Assembly: GCA_937899865.1 (NCBI GenBank)
Contig: CALBRH010000001.1
Span: 51,562 to 115,561, forward strand
Origin: an uncultured euryarchaeote
GTDB lineage: Archaea > Thermoplasmatota > Poseidoniia > Poseidoniales > Poseidoniaceae
DNA: 64,000 nucleotides
Reading direction: 5' to 3'
Position 1 is the stretch's first letter, and the number at the start of each line of letters is the position of its first letter. The notes under the pieces were generated by a model, which made no database searches, had not been told where the DNA came from, and saw nothing but the letters and a program-made list of their open reading frames with translations. Shown piece after piece: positions 1 to 8,830 of this stretch. The translations under genes were made by a program, and so were the position numbers.

Positions 1-139
1 TCCGCAACCGTCTAAATCCAATGATTCAAGGAGCGACTGGTGATCTAAATTTATTGGAGACTCCCTAATGATTATGTCTCCGTCCATGCCTATGCGAAGC
101 AAACGCATAATTCAAACCTCACGCCTCGTTGCAGTATAC

Positions 140-1393
140 ATGGCGGAGGCTGGTCCAATCAAAATCATGGGGGCAGGCCTGTCTGGTCTTGCTGCTGCGA
201 CTATATTGGCTAAAGGTGGTAGAGAAGTCCATGTTCATGATATCAGAGATGATTCTGGAGCAAGATTTGATGGTGATTTCCAAGCCTTAGAAAATTGGAG
301 TATGGATACAGACTTTTTTGACCAAATGAAGAGTTGGGGTTTTGACACAAGTGAATTTAAAGCAACTGAATTTAAGGTTGTAGATTTAATCCATCCCGAT
401 GACAAAATAACTCAAGCCAAGAGTCCAAAGATTGCTTATCGAATTGTCGAGCGAGGTACTTCAGACCACACCATAGATCAAGGAATTAAGCGTCAAGCAT
501 TAGCCGCTGGAGTTAAAATTCACTACAAATCAAAGGTTAAGGAGGAAGACTGTCAGATAATTGCCTGTGGTCCAAAGGGTACATCAGCGGTTGCTTATGG
601 TGAAATTTTTCACACCGAACATCCAAATCATATCGCATTCCAGTTGAATGACAAACTCGCTCCAGGCGCATACTCTTACTTGATAATCATCGATGGTGTT
701 GGATTAATCTGTACTTGCCTTTGGCGTAAACAGAAGAAAACTGACAGATTTCTCAATGAAACAATTGCTTGGTATGACAAACACTATCCTACACTAAACC
801 GAAAACCAATCAAACGAGTTGGCGGCAAAGGCGATTTTACAATCAACAAAAATTACTTTCAAGATGGCCGGTATTATGTCGGTGAATCTGGAGGGCTACA
901 AGATTTCATGTGGGGTTTCGGAATGAGAATGGCAGTTTGGTCTGGTGTTTTAGCAGCTAAAGATATTCTTGGAGAAATAAATTATGAAACTGAGGTAAGA
1001 AAGCAATTATTACCTTATGTAAAGACAAGTGTAGCTAATCGTTGGTTGATGAATCGTGTTGGAGATAAGTCATTTAAGATAATGTGTAATAGGTGGATGA
1101 AAGATCAAAAGAAGCGAAAAGATGGTCTTGTTTGGATTGGGAAATTATTCAGGCCAACTTTTTTGAAAGGCTTGATTTATCGGTTAGTCAATCCATTTAT
1201 GCTGCGAAAAGATCCCAAATCAATGGGTAGAGGAGTTCGCAGAATGCCATTTAGAAAGGCTCTGAAAAGAGACGATTGGGAGCCCTCTAGTGAAGCGATG
1301 GCAGTGAAGGAACAATGGAATTTGATAAGGAAAGGTGGAGGAAAAACCTCCTTCGCAGAAGACTCTGACCAGATTTCTATTCCAAAAAGTTGA
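140..1393 (+). CDS. FAD/NAD(P)-dependent oxidoreductase, geranylgeranyl-reductase-like
   Basis: Rossmann motif IMGAGLSGLAAA followed by VHVHD. The C-terminal GESGGLQDFMWGFGM resembles the GDAAG..P..GEGI motif of the GGR family. The ORF track starts at 68, but ATG 140 (MAEAGPIK) fits the domain start better. Confidence 0.7.
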   Translation: MAEAGPIKIMGAGLSGLAAATILAKGGREVHVHDIRDDSGARFDGDFQALENWSMDTDFFDQMKSWGFDTSEFKATEFKVVDLIHPDDKITQAKSPKIAYRIVERGTSDHTIDQGIKRQALAAGVKIHYKSKVKEEDCQIIACGPKGTSAVAYGEIFHTEHPNHIAFQLNDKLAPGAYSYLIIIDGVGLICTCLWRKQKKTDRFLNETIAWYDKHYPTLNRKPIKRVGGKGDFTINKNYFQDGRYYVGESGGLQDFMWGFGMRMAVWSGVLAAKDILGEINYETEVRKQLLPYVKTSVANRWLMNRVGDKSFKIMCNRWMKDQKKRKDGLVWIGKLFRPTFLKGLIYRLVNPFMLRKDPKSMGRGVRRMPFRKALKRDDWEPSSEAMAVKEQWNLIRKGGGKTSFAEDSDQISIPKS

Positions 1394-1433
1394 ATGCGAT
1401 TTATTCATAATGCTAGTCCGTCTCGGTTGACAC

Positions 1434-2300
1434 ATGAGCGACCTGTATGGATTAAAACTCGAGCCTATGCCAAATAAATTGGTAAATTATGGAGTCACTG
1501 AAAATGGAATTGCTATGATTGAACTTACCTCAAATTCAGCTGGTAAACCATTAGATGGCCCTAATGACCGTTCTCCAAATACTTACACGCATGAGATGAT
1601 GCGTGATATTGATGAAGCAATTGTAAGGGCTCGATTCAATGATGATGTAACTTGTATTGTGCTTACTGGTAACGGTGCATCTTTCTTTTCCGCAGGCGCT
1701 TCAATTCAAATGTTGAATTCTGTAACTCCTGGATTCAAGTACAATTTCTGTCTTCACGCTAATGAAACGCTATCAAGATTAGAACAAACATCAAAGTTGG
1801 TTGTTTGCGCTATCAATGGTCACGCAGTTGGCGGTGGACTAGAAATTGCTATGGCTGCTGATATTAGAATTGCTAGAAAGAATTCTGGAAAGGTTGGACT
1901 ACCAGAAATCAACCTTGGTGTACTTGCTGGAACAGGTGGTACAGCGAGACTTACTAGATTGATTGGCAAAGCAAAAGCTCTTGAAATGATGGTTACAGGC
2001 GAATTAATGTCTTTTGAAGATGCTCATGCATGCAATCTCATCAACCATATTTGGGAAGGTTCTCCTGAAGATTTCAGAAGAGATATTCTTGACTGGTGTT
2101 CTCAATTTACTCTACCAAACAAGGCAGTTAAGGCTGTAGGAAATATCAAGCGTTCCTGTCAAACAGGTCCAGAAATTCCATTTGAGTACCACTTGGCACT
2201 TGAGCGTGAGTTACAAGCTGCATTGTTCAACAGTACAGATGCTAAAGAGGGCATTGCAGCATATGTTGAAAAGCGTGTTGCTAACTTCACTGGAAACTAA
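1434..2300 (+). CDS. Enoyl-CoA hydratase/isomerase (crotonase)
   Basis: Crotonase motifs FFSAGASI, AINGHAVGGGLEIAMAADIRIA and GLPEINLGVLAGTGGT. Confidence 0.9.
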   Translation: MSDLYGLKLEPMPNKLVNYGVTENGIAMIELTSNSAGKPLDGPNDRSPNTYTHEMMRDIDEAIVRARFNDDVTCIVLTGNGASFFSAGASIQMLNSVTPGFKYNFCLHANETLSRLEQTSKLVVCAINGHAVGGGLEIAMAADIRIARKNSGKVGLPEINLGVLAGTGGTARLTRLIGKAKALEMMVTGELMSFEDAHACNLINHIWEGSPEDFRRDILDWCSQFTLPNKAVKAVGNIKRSCQTGPEIPFEYHLALERELQAALFNSTDAKEGIAAYVEKRVANFTGN

Positions 2301-2316
2301 AACTGAGGTGGACTAG

Positions 2317-3240
2317 GTGGCAAAGTATCAAGTTCCCGCTGATGTGCCAGATGAGTTGATTGAAACTTTCATACAAAATATGGATGCGGCTACTGCTGGA
2401 ACTGGAAAGATGAATTTGTTTGCCTGTGATCAAAAGATAGAACACTTGAATGATGATTTCTACGATGGAGATAATGAAATTCCATTGTCATCAAATGATC
2501 CTGCTCATCTTTTTGAAATCGGAAGCCGATGTTACAAAGAAGGCACTATTGGAGTTCTTGCTGGACAACTTGGTTTAATTTCTCATTATGCCAGAGATTA
2601 TCCAGATGTCCCATACTTGGTCAAACTTAATTCAAAATCGCATTTGATAAAAACGTCGCAAAGAGATCCAATCTCCCAGGCATTATGGGATATGGATGAT
2701 GTTATGTCACTAGTTCATAATGGCATTAATGTTGTTGGAATTGGTTATACAATATATGTTGGAAGTGAATATGAACATGAAATGATGTCAGAGGCTGCTC
2801 AATTCATCCGTCAAGCACATGAATTAGGTATGGTTTCTGTAGTTTGGATGTACCCAAGGGGTAAAGCAGTTGCAGATGAAAAAGATCCACAACTTATCTC
2901 TGGTGCTGCTGGTGTAGCAGCTTGTATTGGGGCAGATTTTGCCAAGGTAAATTATCCAACAGAATACCCTGGTATGACTAGAGCAGAATCATTGGCAATC
3001 GCTTCACAGGCTGCTGGCCGAACTGGAATAATATGCTCTGGAGGTGGAACTTTGCCGCCAGAACTATTTTTGCAAAGATTGTGGGAGCAAATGAATATTG
3101 GAAATTGTCGTGGTGCGGCTACAGGAAGAAATATCCATCAAAAGAATACTGAAAGCGCGGTAAAGATGACTGCTGCTTGCCATGCGATAATTTGTGAAGG
3201 GGCTTCAGTAGAAGAAGCACTCAACATCTACAATTCGTGA
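2317..3240 (+). CDS. Class I (DhnA-type) fructose-bisphosphate aldolase family protein
   Basis: Motifs YLVKLNSK, GYTIYVGSEYE, VVWMYPRG, ADFAKVNYP (Schiff-base Lys) and GAATGRNIHQ. RBS GAGGTG at 2305-2310 precedes a GTG start. Confidence 0.85.
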   Translation: MAKYQVPADVPDELIETFIQNMDAATAGTGKMNLFACDQKIEHLNDDFYDGDNEIPLSSNDPAHLFEIGSRCYKEGTIGVLAGQLGLISHYARDYPDVPYLVKLNSKSHLIKTSQRDPISQALWDMDDVMSLVHNGINVVGIGYTIYVGSEYEHEMMSEAAQFIRQAHELGMVSVVWMYPRGKAVADEKDPQLISGAAGVAACIGADFAKVNYPTEYPGMTRAESLAIASQAAGRTGIICSGGGTLPPELFLQRLWEQMNIGNCRGAATGRNIHQKNTESAVKMTAACHAIICEGASVEEALNIYNS

Positions 3241-3255
3241 AGATGAGGTGTGGTA

Positions 3256-4302
3256 ATGGGTGTGATTCATCCAGATATCTGCAAAGCAGAAACCCTTCCA
3301 TCAAATTACTATACAGATCAAAATATTTATCTTGAATTGTTGCAAAAATTCCACAGTTCATGGAACTTTATTGGACTAGAATCAATGCTTGAAGAAAATA
3401 GTATCATGCCAATTTCTATTGGTGAGACTCCTATGTTGTTGACAAAAACCGACTCGCAAATATATTGTGTTTCAAATGTTTGTACTCATAGGGGGATGAT
3501 ACTTTGTCAAGAAAATAAAACCACATCAACAATAACGTGTCCATATCATGGCCGAACGTTTTCTCTAAATGGTGAAATTAAGCATATGCCAAAATTTTCG
3601 GAAGTTGAAAATTTTCCTGCTGATAACGATAACCTTCCTAGTGCAAAGGTAGTAAATTGGCATGGGTTGCTTTTTGCTAATTTATCAGATAATGAATCAT
3701 TTGAAGGATATATGAGTTCACTTGAAAGTAGGATGAGTTTTCTTGACTTTTCTAAACTCAACAGAGATAGTAGTTTAGACAGATTACATGAGTTGTCCGC
3801 AAATTGGATGTTATATGTTGATAATTATCTTGAAGGCTTCCATATACCCTATGTTCACAAAGGTCTCAATTCAGTTATTGATTATTCAAATTATGAAACA
3901 GAAGTTTTTGATAATGCAGTATTACAAATAGGATATGCTCTTGAAGGTGAAGAAAGCTTTGATATTCCATCAAGTCATCAAGACTATGGAAAAAATATTG
4001 CAGCATATTACTGGTGGGTATTTCCAAATCTAATGTTAAATTTTTACCCATGGGGCCTTTCAATTAATGTTGTAATTCCTAATGGAGTAAGTTCTACTAA
4101 GATCGCCTATTATGGATTGATTTCAGATAATAGTAAATTCGGACTCGGAGCTGGCGGTAATTTAGATACTGTTGAAGAAGAAGATCAATGGATTGTTGAG
4201 TCATGTAACAAGGGGATGAATTCACCACTCTATCAAAGAGGTCGTTATTCACCTAGTATGGAGCAAGGAGTTCATCACTTCCACAGGTTGCTAACAGAAT
4301 AA
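3256..4302 (+). CDS. Rieske non-heme iron oxygenase alpha subunit (choline monooxygenase-like)
   Basis: Rieske ligands NVCTHRG...TCPYHG and mononuclear Fe motif NWMLYVDNYLEGFHIPYVH...EED. RBS GAGGTG at 3245-3250. Alternative GTG start at 3250. Confidence 0.88.
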   Translation: MGVIHPDICKAETLPSNYYTDQNIYLELLQKFHSSWNFIGLESMLEENSIMPISIGETPMLLTKTDSQIYCVSNVCTHRGMILCQENKTTSTITCPYHGRTFSLNGEIKHMPKFSEVENFPADNDNLPSAKVVNWHGLLFANLSDNESFEGYMSSLESRMSFLDFSKLNRDSSLDRLHELSANWMLYVDNYLEGFHIPYVHKGLNSVIDYSNYETEVFDNAVLQIGYALEGEESFDIPSSHQDYGKNIAAYYWWVFPNLMLNFYPWGLSINVVIPNGVSSTKIAYYGLISDNSKFGLGAGGNLDTVEEEDQWIVESCNKGMNSPLYQRGRYSPSMEQGVHHFHRLLTE

Positions 4303-4304
4303 AA

Positions 4305-4634
4305 TTACAATTTATCTTCTGCAGGGGTTCCTGTGGTAACATTACCTTCTTGGTCAATAATAATTGGAGTACCTTCTTGCCACCCAGGGCAATTGCTGGA
4401 GACCCATGTTCTAGTTGCCCATTCACAGATATCGTATCCGCCAGATAGAATTCCAGATCTCTTGATGTAGCCGACCTTTACAATGTCTTTGTCTTTTGAC
4501 AAAACATTCCCTAGTTGTTGGCTTGTGGTGCCGTGACGCATCGTGCTGTTGATGTGTTCTAAGATCTCCGCAGTGTTTCGGGGTCGCTCGCCTAAAAATT
4601 TCTTAATTTTCTCTCTAATTCTAGTTGTTTTCAT
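4305..4634 (-). CDS. DUF3860-like small winged-helix protein
   Basis: The stretch EILEHINSTMRHGTTSQQLGNVLSKDKDIVKVG...GGYDICEWA is recalled as the DUF3860 family of marine Thermoplasmatota. ATG at 4634; the track uses GTG 4643. Confidence 0.7.
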   Translation of the reverse strand: MKTTRIREKIKKFLGERPRNTAEILEHINSTMRHGTTSQQLGNVLSKDKDIVKVGYIKRSGILSGGYDICEWATRTWVSSNCPGWQEGTPIIIDQEGNVTTGTPAEDKL

Positions 4635-4734
4635 CAAATTCACTCTCTTGTCACGCAGCGCATATCCATTGAATATTTGCCACTAAACCACAGGACAGCG
4701 GTCGCTAATATAATAGTTCCTCCAGAATTGAGAG

Positions 4735-4875
4735 TTTGTTACATTTGGATACGAAATTAAGTGTAAAAAATGAACCATTTATGACTGGATGTAAGTAAAA
4801 TCATACTTTTCCAGTGGAAATCTGTAACTAAATGTAACTAATAAGTATAATTATAAATAAAATTATAAGTTAATC
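4735..4875. promoter_or_regulatory. Candidate replication origin: ORB-like box, mini-ORB-like repeats and AT-rich unwinding element
   Basis: TTCCAGTGGAAA at 4809-4820 matches the core of the archaeal ORB consensus. Related TGTAA motifs occur at 4739-4749 (reverse), 4758-4766, 4785-4794 and 4828-4837. 4841-4872 is nearly pure A/T. cdc6 lies about 5.7 kb away. Confidence 0.45.
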
Positions 4876-4894
4876 ACAGATAGCAGACTTTGAG

Positions 4895-7420
4895 GTGACA
4901 TTATTGTCCAAAAGTATCAGAATTAGAAGTCGTTATCAAAGACGAATACTAAACTGGTTACTTGATAATAGTGGTTCAGTATCTGAAATCTCAATGACAT
5001 TGAATATTAGGACGCCCCATGCATCATTAGCATTAAGCGAACTAAGGAAAAAAAACCTTGTACATAGAGATGATTTACATGGAATTAGAGGTGCAGTACA
5101 CAATATTACTGAATTTGGAAGGAAAGTACTGGAGGAAGATCGACTTAGATTATACAAGAGATATGTAGCAAAAACCGAGCAAGAATATGACGGTATTGTT
5201 TTACAATCTAAAGACCATGAGTTACTACTTTGCTACCATAAAAATCCTCCAAATTCATTATTTCCGCTGCCAATAGATCCATTTTCTGAAAATATTGATT
5301 CAATAAATGATTCCAGTGGAACAGATGGGGTGATTTGGGCATCAGTAGTTCCAGAATCTATCAAATGGTATTCAGCTGAGAGTTTAGAGCAAATTACACC
5401 TCCTAACGAACTTGGAATGGGTACACTTGATGCTTGGTTACAAACAACAGACTCATTTGCTTTGGTAAGAGCAGTTTTATTCAAACCGACAAACCAATGG
5501 AATGTTCCGCCAGGAACAAAATTCAATACACCAAAATACAATCAATCTGAAGTTCCTGAAATTTTGTCATCAGGTGACCACAACATTGGTAAAATCGTAG
5601 GCACAGATTTAGTAGTTTCATGGAATACTAGATTACATGCTCACTTGACATCAGAAATCGATATCAATTTGCTAATAAATTCCTTTTCAAATAATGCCTA
5701 TGTTCTTAGAAAAAACCCAATTAAACCCGATGTGACTACTCTGCCAATCGATAGTTTGTATGAGTGGTTGAAATTGCGTCACAAGAGATTGAGTGAAGAA
5801 AAACTCAGGGCAAAATTTGAACAAATAAAATCTGTAATTGATAATGAATCAATAAATTCTCTTAGTGTTCCGCTGCAGAAGGAAATCTCAAGAGATTTTG
5901 GCTATTGTGAATGGATAAATGAAACACCGGAGAATATTGATATTTCTAATTTATCAATTGATGGAGTTAAGTCGATAATAATGTACTTGAGAATGACATA
6001 CTCTACAGAATATGTTGTAGAATGGGATTGGGAAATAGGTTCAAATTCTGAATTTTTGAATAATATGATAAGAGAATCAAACTGCAGACTATTGGTTACA
6101 AAGTTAGGTTTGTCATCGGCAATAACTTCATCATTTGCAACCTTAAATTCCTTACCAGATCTTGCCATTGCTAGATTAAATTTGTCAAATCAACATTCTC
6201 TAGACCTAGAGTTGACCAGTGATCATAACAAACAAGCAAACATCGCTCATAGTTTAATTCCTAAAGATGCGATTGAATTATTGAATGCCTATGATTATGA
6301 CTCATGGGATTTGTCAAAAATGACAAGTTCATCTGACGATTTTGAGTTCAGGTCTCAAATTTGGCAAGCTCTAAACAAATATCCGTTAGGAGATGAAACT
6401 TGGTCTAATGATATTGAAACATCAAATCCCTTGGCAGCATGGATTGCAACTCCAAATGAATTTCGCGAGAGTAGATGGATTAGAATTGCTAACAAACTTC
6501 GAGATAATTGGGCAGATTTGATGCAATGTGAAAATACATCGCCTAAATTACTGGCATCCAGTATTAATTTGGCTAGTGACCAATGGAAGTTAGATGCAAT
6601 AAAGCAAATCTCACAACACTTTCTTACAGATAACCAATTACTGATTGAAATGAGAAAAGATGCATTAAATTCATCTCAATCAAGTGCTATCTCAACTGCT
6701 ATTTTGCTAATTTGTGACAAATTACCAAATGAATTCTCATCATATGTTAGGAGTGCTGTCGATGAATGGTTAGATTCTCCTCTGTTTGCTAATGATGTGT
6801 TAGAATCTTTGTTTAGAGAAAATAGTGAAGGAGACTTTGATAGGTTTGTTGTCTATGATAAAGTTGCTTTAGCATCAAAGATACATCCTAAGAATTCAAT
6901 TTTGTATAATTGGGGAAGATATGTCATGTGTTTGAAAAATTCAGAACTCATTTCAAATGAATTAATGAGGGATTTTATCAGTCTATTACCCTTCCATTGG
7001 TGGTATGGTAATTCATCAGATTGGTTAGTTAGTCAATTATCCAGTTCAGCAGGACGAAGATGGTTAGCTGAACAGCGAATACCTTGGCCCGGACTAATCT
7101 TTAGATTAGATGGAGAAATCTGGGGCCCACCTGGGTTTAGAAAGAAATTTGTAAGACAGATTCCAGCAAGCAATGATCTTTTATTTATTCCAATAATGCA
7201 AGATTGTGTTGCAAAAGACTACTTGATGGATACTTATGATTTAGCGTCAAAAATCGAAGATTCCAATTTTAGAATTACAGCTCGAACTCATCCAAAAATA
7301 GGATTTTTGTTGCGGGAACTCAATGAATGGCCTGATTTTTCTGTCAAGATTATTTCTGAAGGTGATGCAACGATTGGCGCGTTAATTTTTGGCATTTCAT
7401 ACTACAAAAATCTGAATTGA
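4895..7420 (+). CDS. Hypothetical 841-aa protein with N-terminal winged-helix (ArsR/MarR-like) domain
   Basis: N-terminus ILNWLLDNSGSVSEISMTLNIRTPHASLALSELRKKNLV...HNITEFG has a wHTH pattern. The rest is not recognised and the exact start codon is uncertain. Confidence 0.65.
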   Translation: MTLLSKSIRIRSRYQRRILNWLLDNSGSVSEISMTLNIRTPHASLALSELRKKNLVHRDDLHGIRGAVHNITEFGRKVLEEDRLRLYKRYVAKTEQEYDGIVLQSKDHELLLCYHKNPPNSLFPLPIDPFSENIDSINDSSGTDGVIWASVVPESIKWYSAESLEQITPPNELGMGTLDAWLQTTDSFALVRAVLFKPTNQWNVPPGTKFNTPKYNQSEVPEILSSGDHNIGKIVGTDLVVSWNTRLHAHLTSEIDINLLINSFSNNAYVLRKNPIKPDVTTLPIDSLYEWLKLRHKRLSEEKLRAKFEQIKSVIDNESINSLSVPLQKEISRDFGYCEWINETPENIDISNLSIDGVKSIIMYLRMTYSTEYVVEWDWEIGSNSEFLNNMIRESNCRLLVTKLGLSSAITSSFATLNSLPDLAIARLNLSNQHSLDLELTSDHNKQANIAHSLIPKDAIELLNAYDYDSWDLSKMTSSSDDFEFRSQIWQALNKYPLGDETWSNDIETSNPLAAWIATPNEFRESRWIRIANKLRDNWADLMQCENTSPKLLASSINLASDQWKLDAIKQISQHFLTDNQLLIEMRKDALNSSQSSAISTAILLICDKLPNEFSSYVRSAVDEWLDSPLFANDVLESLFRENSEGDFDRFVVYDKVALASKIHPKNSILYNWGRYVMCLKNSELISNELMRDFISLLPFHWWYGNSSDWLVSQLSSSAGRRWLAEQRIPWPGLIFRLDGEIWGPPGFRKKFVRQIPASNDLLFIPIMQDCVAKDYLMDTYDLASKIEDSNFRITARTHPKIGFLLRELNEWPDFSVKIISEGDATIGALIFGISYYKNLN

Positions 7421-7445
7421 TGCGATGGTTTCATTTATGTTAGCA

Positions 7446-7733
7446 TTGACAGTATAACGCCGCACTAGCAACATCGGGCAGAGCTACTGTGAAATTGCAA
7501 TGAAGTTCGATACCAATGTGCGGTCCGCTATCGAAGACCAAAATGACCCTTAGGGGGATGATTTTTGGGGCAAAAGCGGTAAACCATTTGGTAGGTTATG
7601 GGTCCTTGTGTGACGTAAGGATGAACTCAAGACAACCACCCTATCAAACAGCACGCCCCGGCACCGAGGGTCAGGCCTTGGAGCAATGCGATGAAATAGG
7701 CCGTTAGGAGCTGGGGCACAGCGCTGCTGTCCA
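7446..7733 (+). ncRNA. Structured ncRNA, possibly archaeal SRP RNA
   Basis: GC-enriched intergenic block with many helices whose G-U wobbles all favour the + strand. Alu-like 5' domain: ccgcac 7460-65/gtgcgg 7518-23 encloses two hairpins separated by UGUGA (UGUNR motif, 7488-92), and the loops can pair (atcgggc 7473-79/gttcgat 7505-11). CAGG..AGCA at 7672-7685. The 5' and 3' ends can pair. Confidence 0.5.
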
Positions 7734-7807
7734 AAGTATACTTAAATCGAAATCTTTAGTTTGATTTAAGCGATTAACTCAAAGGCCAATTTTGTTACAG
7801 GACTGCA

Positions 7808-8830
7808 ATGGCAACGGATGGCGGTTATACTTGTTGCCTGGTCGGGGGGACTTTCGATAGGTTTCATTCTGGACATAAATTATTGTTAAGTATGGCAATT
7901 TCTCGTGCTGAAAAGGTTGAAATTCATGTGGTTAATGATGAATTAGCAAGTCGCAAATCATTATTTATTCAAGGTTATGAAGAAAGAGTTAGCACTATTC
8001 TTGATTGGTTAGAGGAAAAATCGATACATTCTGTAAAATTGTTTCAATTAGATGATTCGTTTGGTCCAGCACCAGTTCACAAATCAGCAGATGCAATTGT
8101 TGCAACTCCTGAAACACTTGCAAATTGCCATGAAATTAATCGAATTAGAGAATCTTCAGGATTAGCAAAACTATCGATTTTGGAAGTTCCACATATGTTA
8201 GATTTTTCTGGACAGATAATTAGCAGTTCAAGAATTAGAAGTGGAAAGATTGATTCAGATGGGAATCCATGGATAGATCAAGATAGACGTTCAAGTAGTT
8301 TGAAGATGGTATCAAGCCTTGATAGTGAATTAAAAACACCGATGGGGACTTTGTTTAATGGACCTGAAGAGTTTCCAGAAATTGCTATGGGTGAAGCCTT
8401 AGAATCAATCGATAGAGAAAATAGTACAATCATCGCGGTTGGAGATGTATCGGTTGCAACTTTACTAGAGATGGGTTTCATTCCCGACATTGGAATTATT
8501 GACGGTATGACTAAACGCATTGAATTAGAAGAATCTCAAAAGATAGATACTACAAGTTTTGGTAATGAATTAACTGCCAAAAACCCGCCTGGTCACCTTA
8601 CACCATCGCTAATTGATGCTATTGAGGAGGCTCTATCAAATGAAGAATCCACTGTTATAAATGTTGATGGCGAAGAGGATTTAGCTCCAATTTTAATTCA
8701 TTGTCTTGCTCCAATCGGTAGTGTTGTAATATATGGTCAACCCAAAGTTGGTGTAGTTGTACAAGTTTCAAGCTTGGCTGTCAAAAATCGATGTCGTGAT
8801 ATTTTGTCAATGTTTGAGGTGGTTGATTGA
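7808..8830 (+). CDS. coaD: Phosphopantetheine adenylyltransferase fused to DUF359 GTP-dependent dephospho-CoA kinase
   Basis: N-terminal GGTFDRFHSGH (HxGH) and ISSSRIR. C-terminal VGDVSV...IIDGMTKR...NPPG...VDGEEDLA is typical of DUF359. Confidence 0.88.
   Translation: MATDGGYTCCLVGGTFDRFHSGHKLLLSMAISRAEKVEIHVVNDELASRKSLFIQGYEERVSTILDWLEEKSIHSVKLFQLDDSFGPAPVHKSADAIVATPETLANCHEINRIRESSGLAKLSILEVPHMLDFSGQIISSSRIRSGKIDSDGNPWIDQDRRSSSLKMVSSLDSELKTPMGTLFNGPEEFPEIAMGEALESIDRENSTIIAVGDVSVATLLEMGFIPDIGIIDGMTKRIELEESQKIDTTSFGNELTAKNPPGHLTPSLIDAIEEALSNEESTVINVDGEEDLAPILIHCLAPIGSVVIYGQPKVGVVVQVSSLAVKNRCRDILSMFEVVD

Noticed and set aside
7516-7707. 63-aa ORF in the track
   Set aside because: It lies within the structured RNA candidate, has no RBS and shows no protein-like motif.
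7446-7733. RNase P RNA interpretation
   Set aside because: GGAGCAA...AAATAGG resembles CR-IV, but no GAGGAAAGUCC (CR-I) or CR-V motif is present on either strand.
7741-7770. AT-rich inverted repeat CTTAAATC...GATTTAAG
   Set aside because: It could be a terminator for the ncRNA or an operator for coaD, but it is weak and cannot be assigned from sequence alone.
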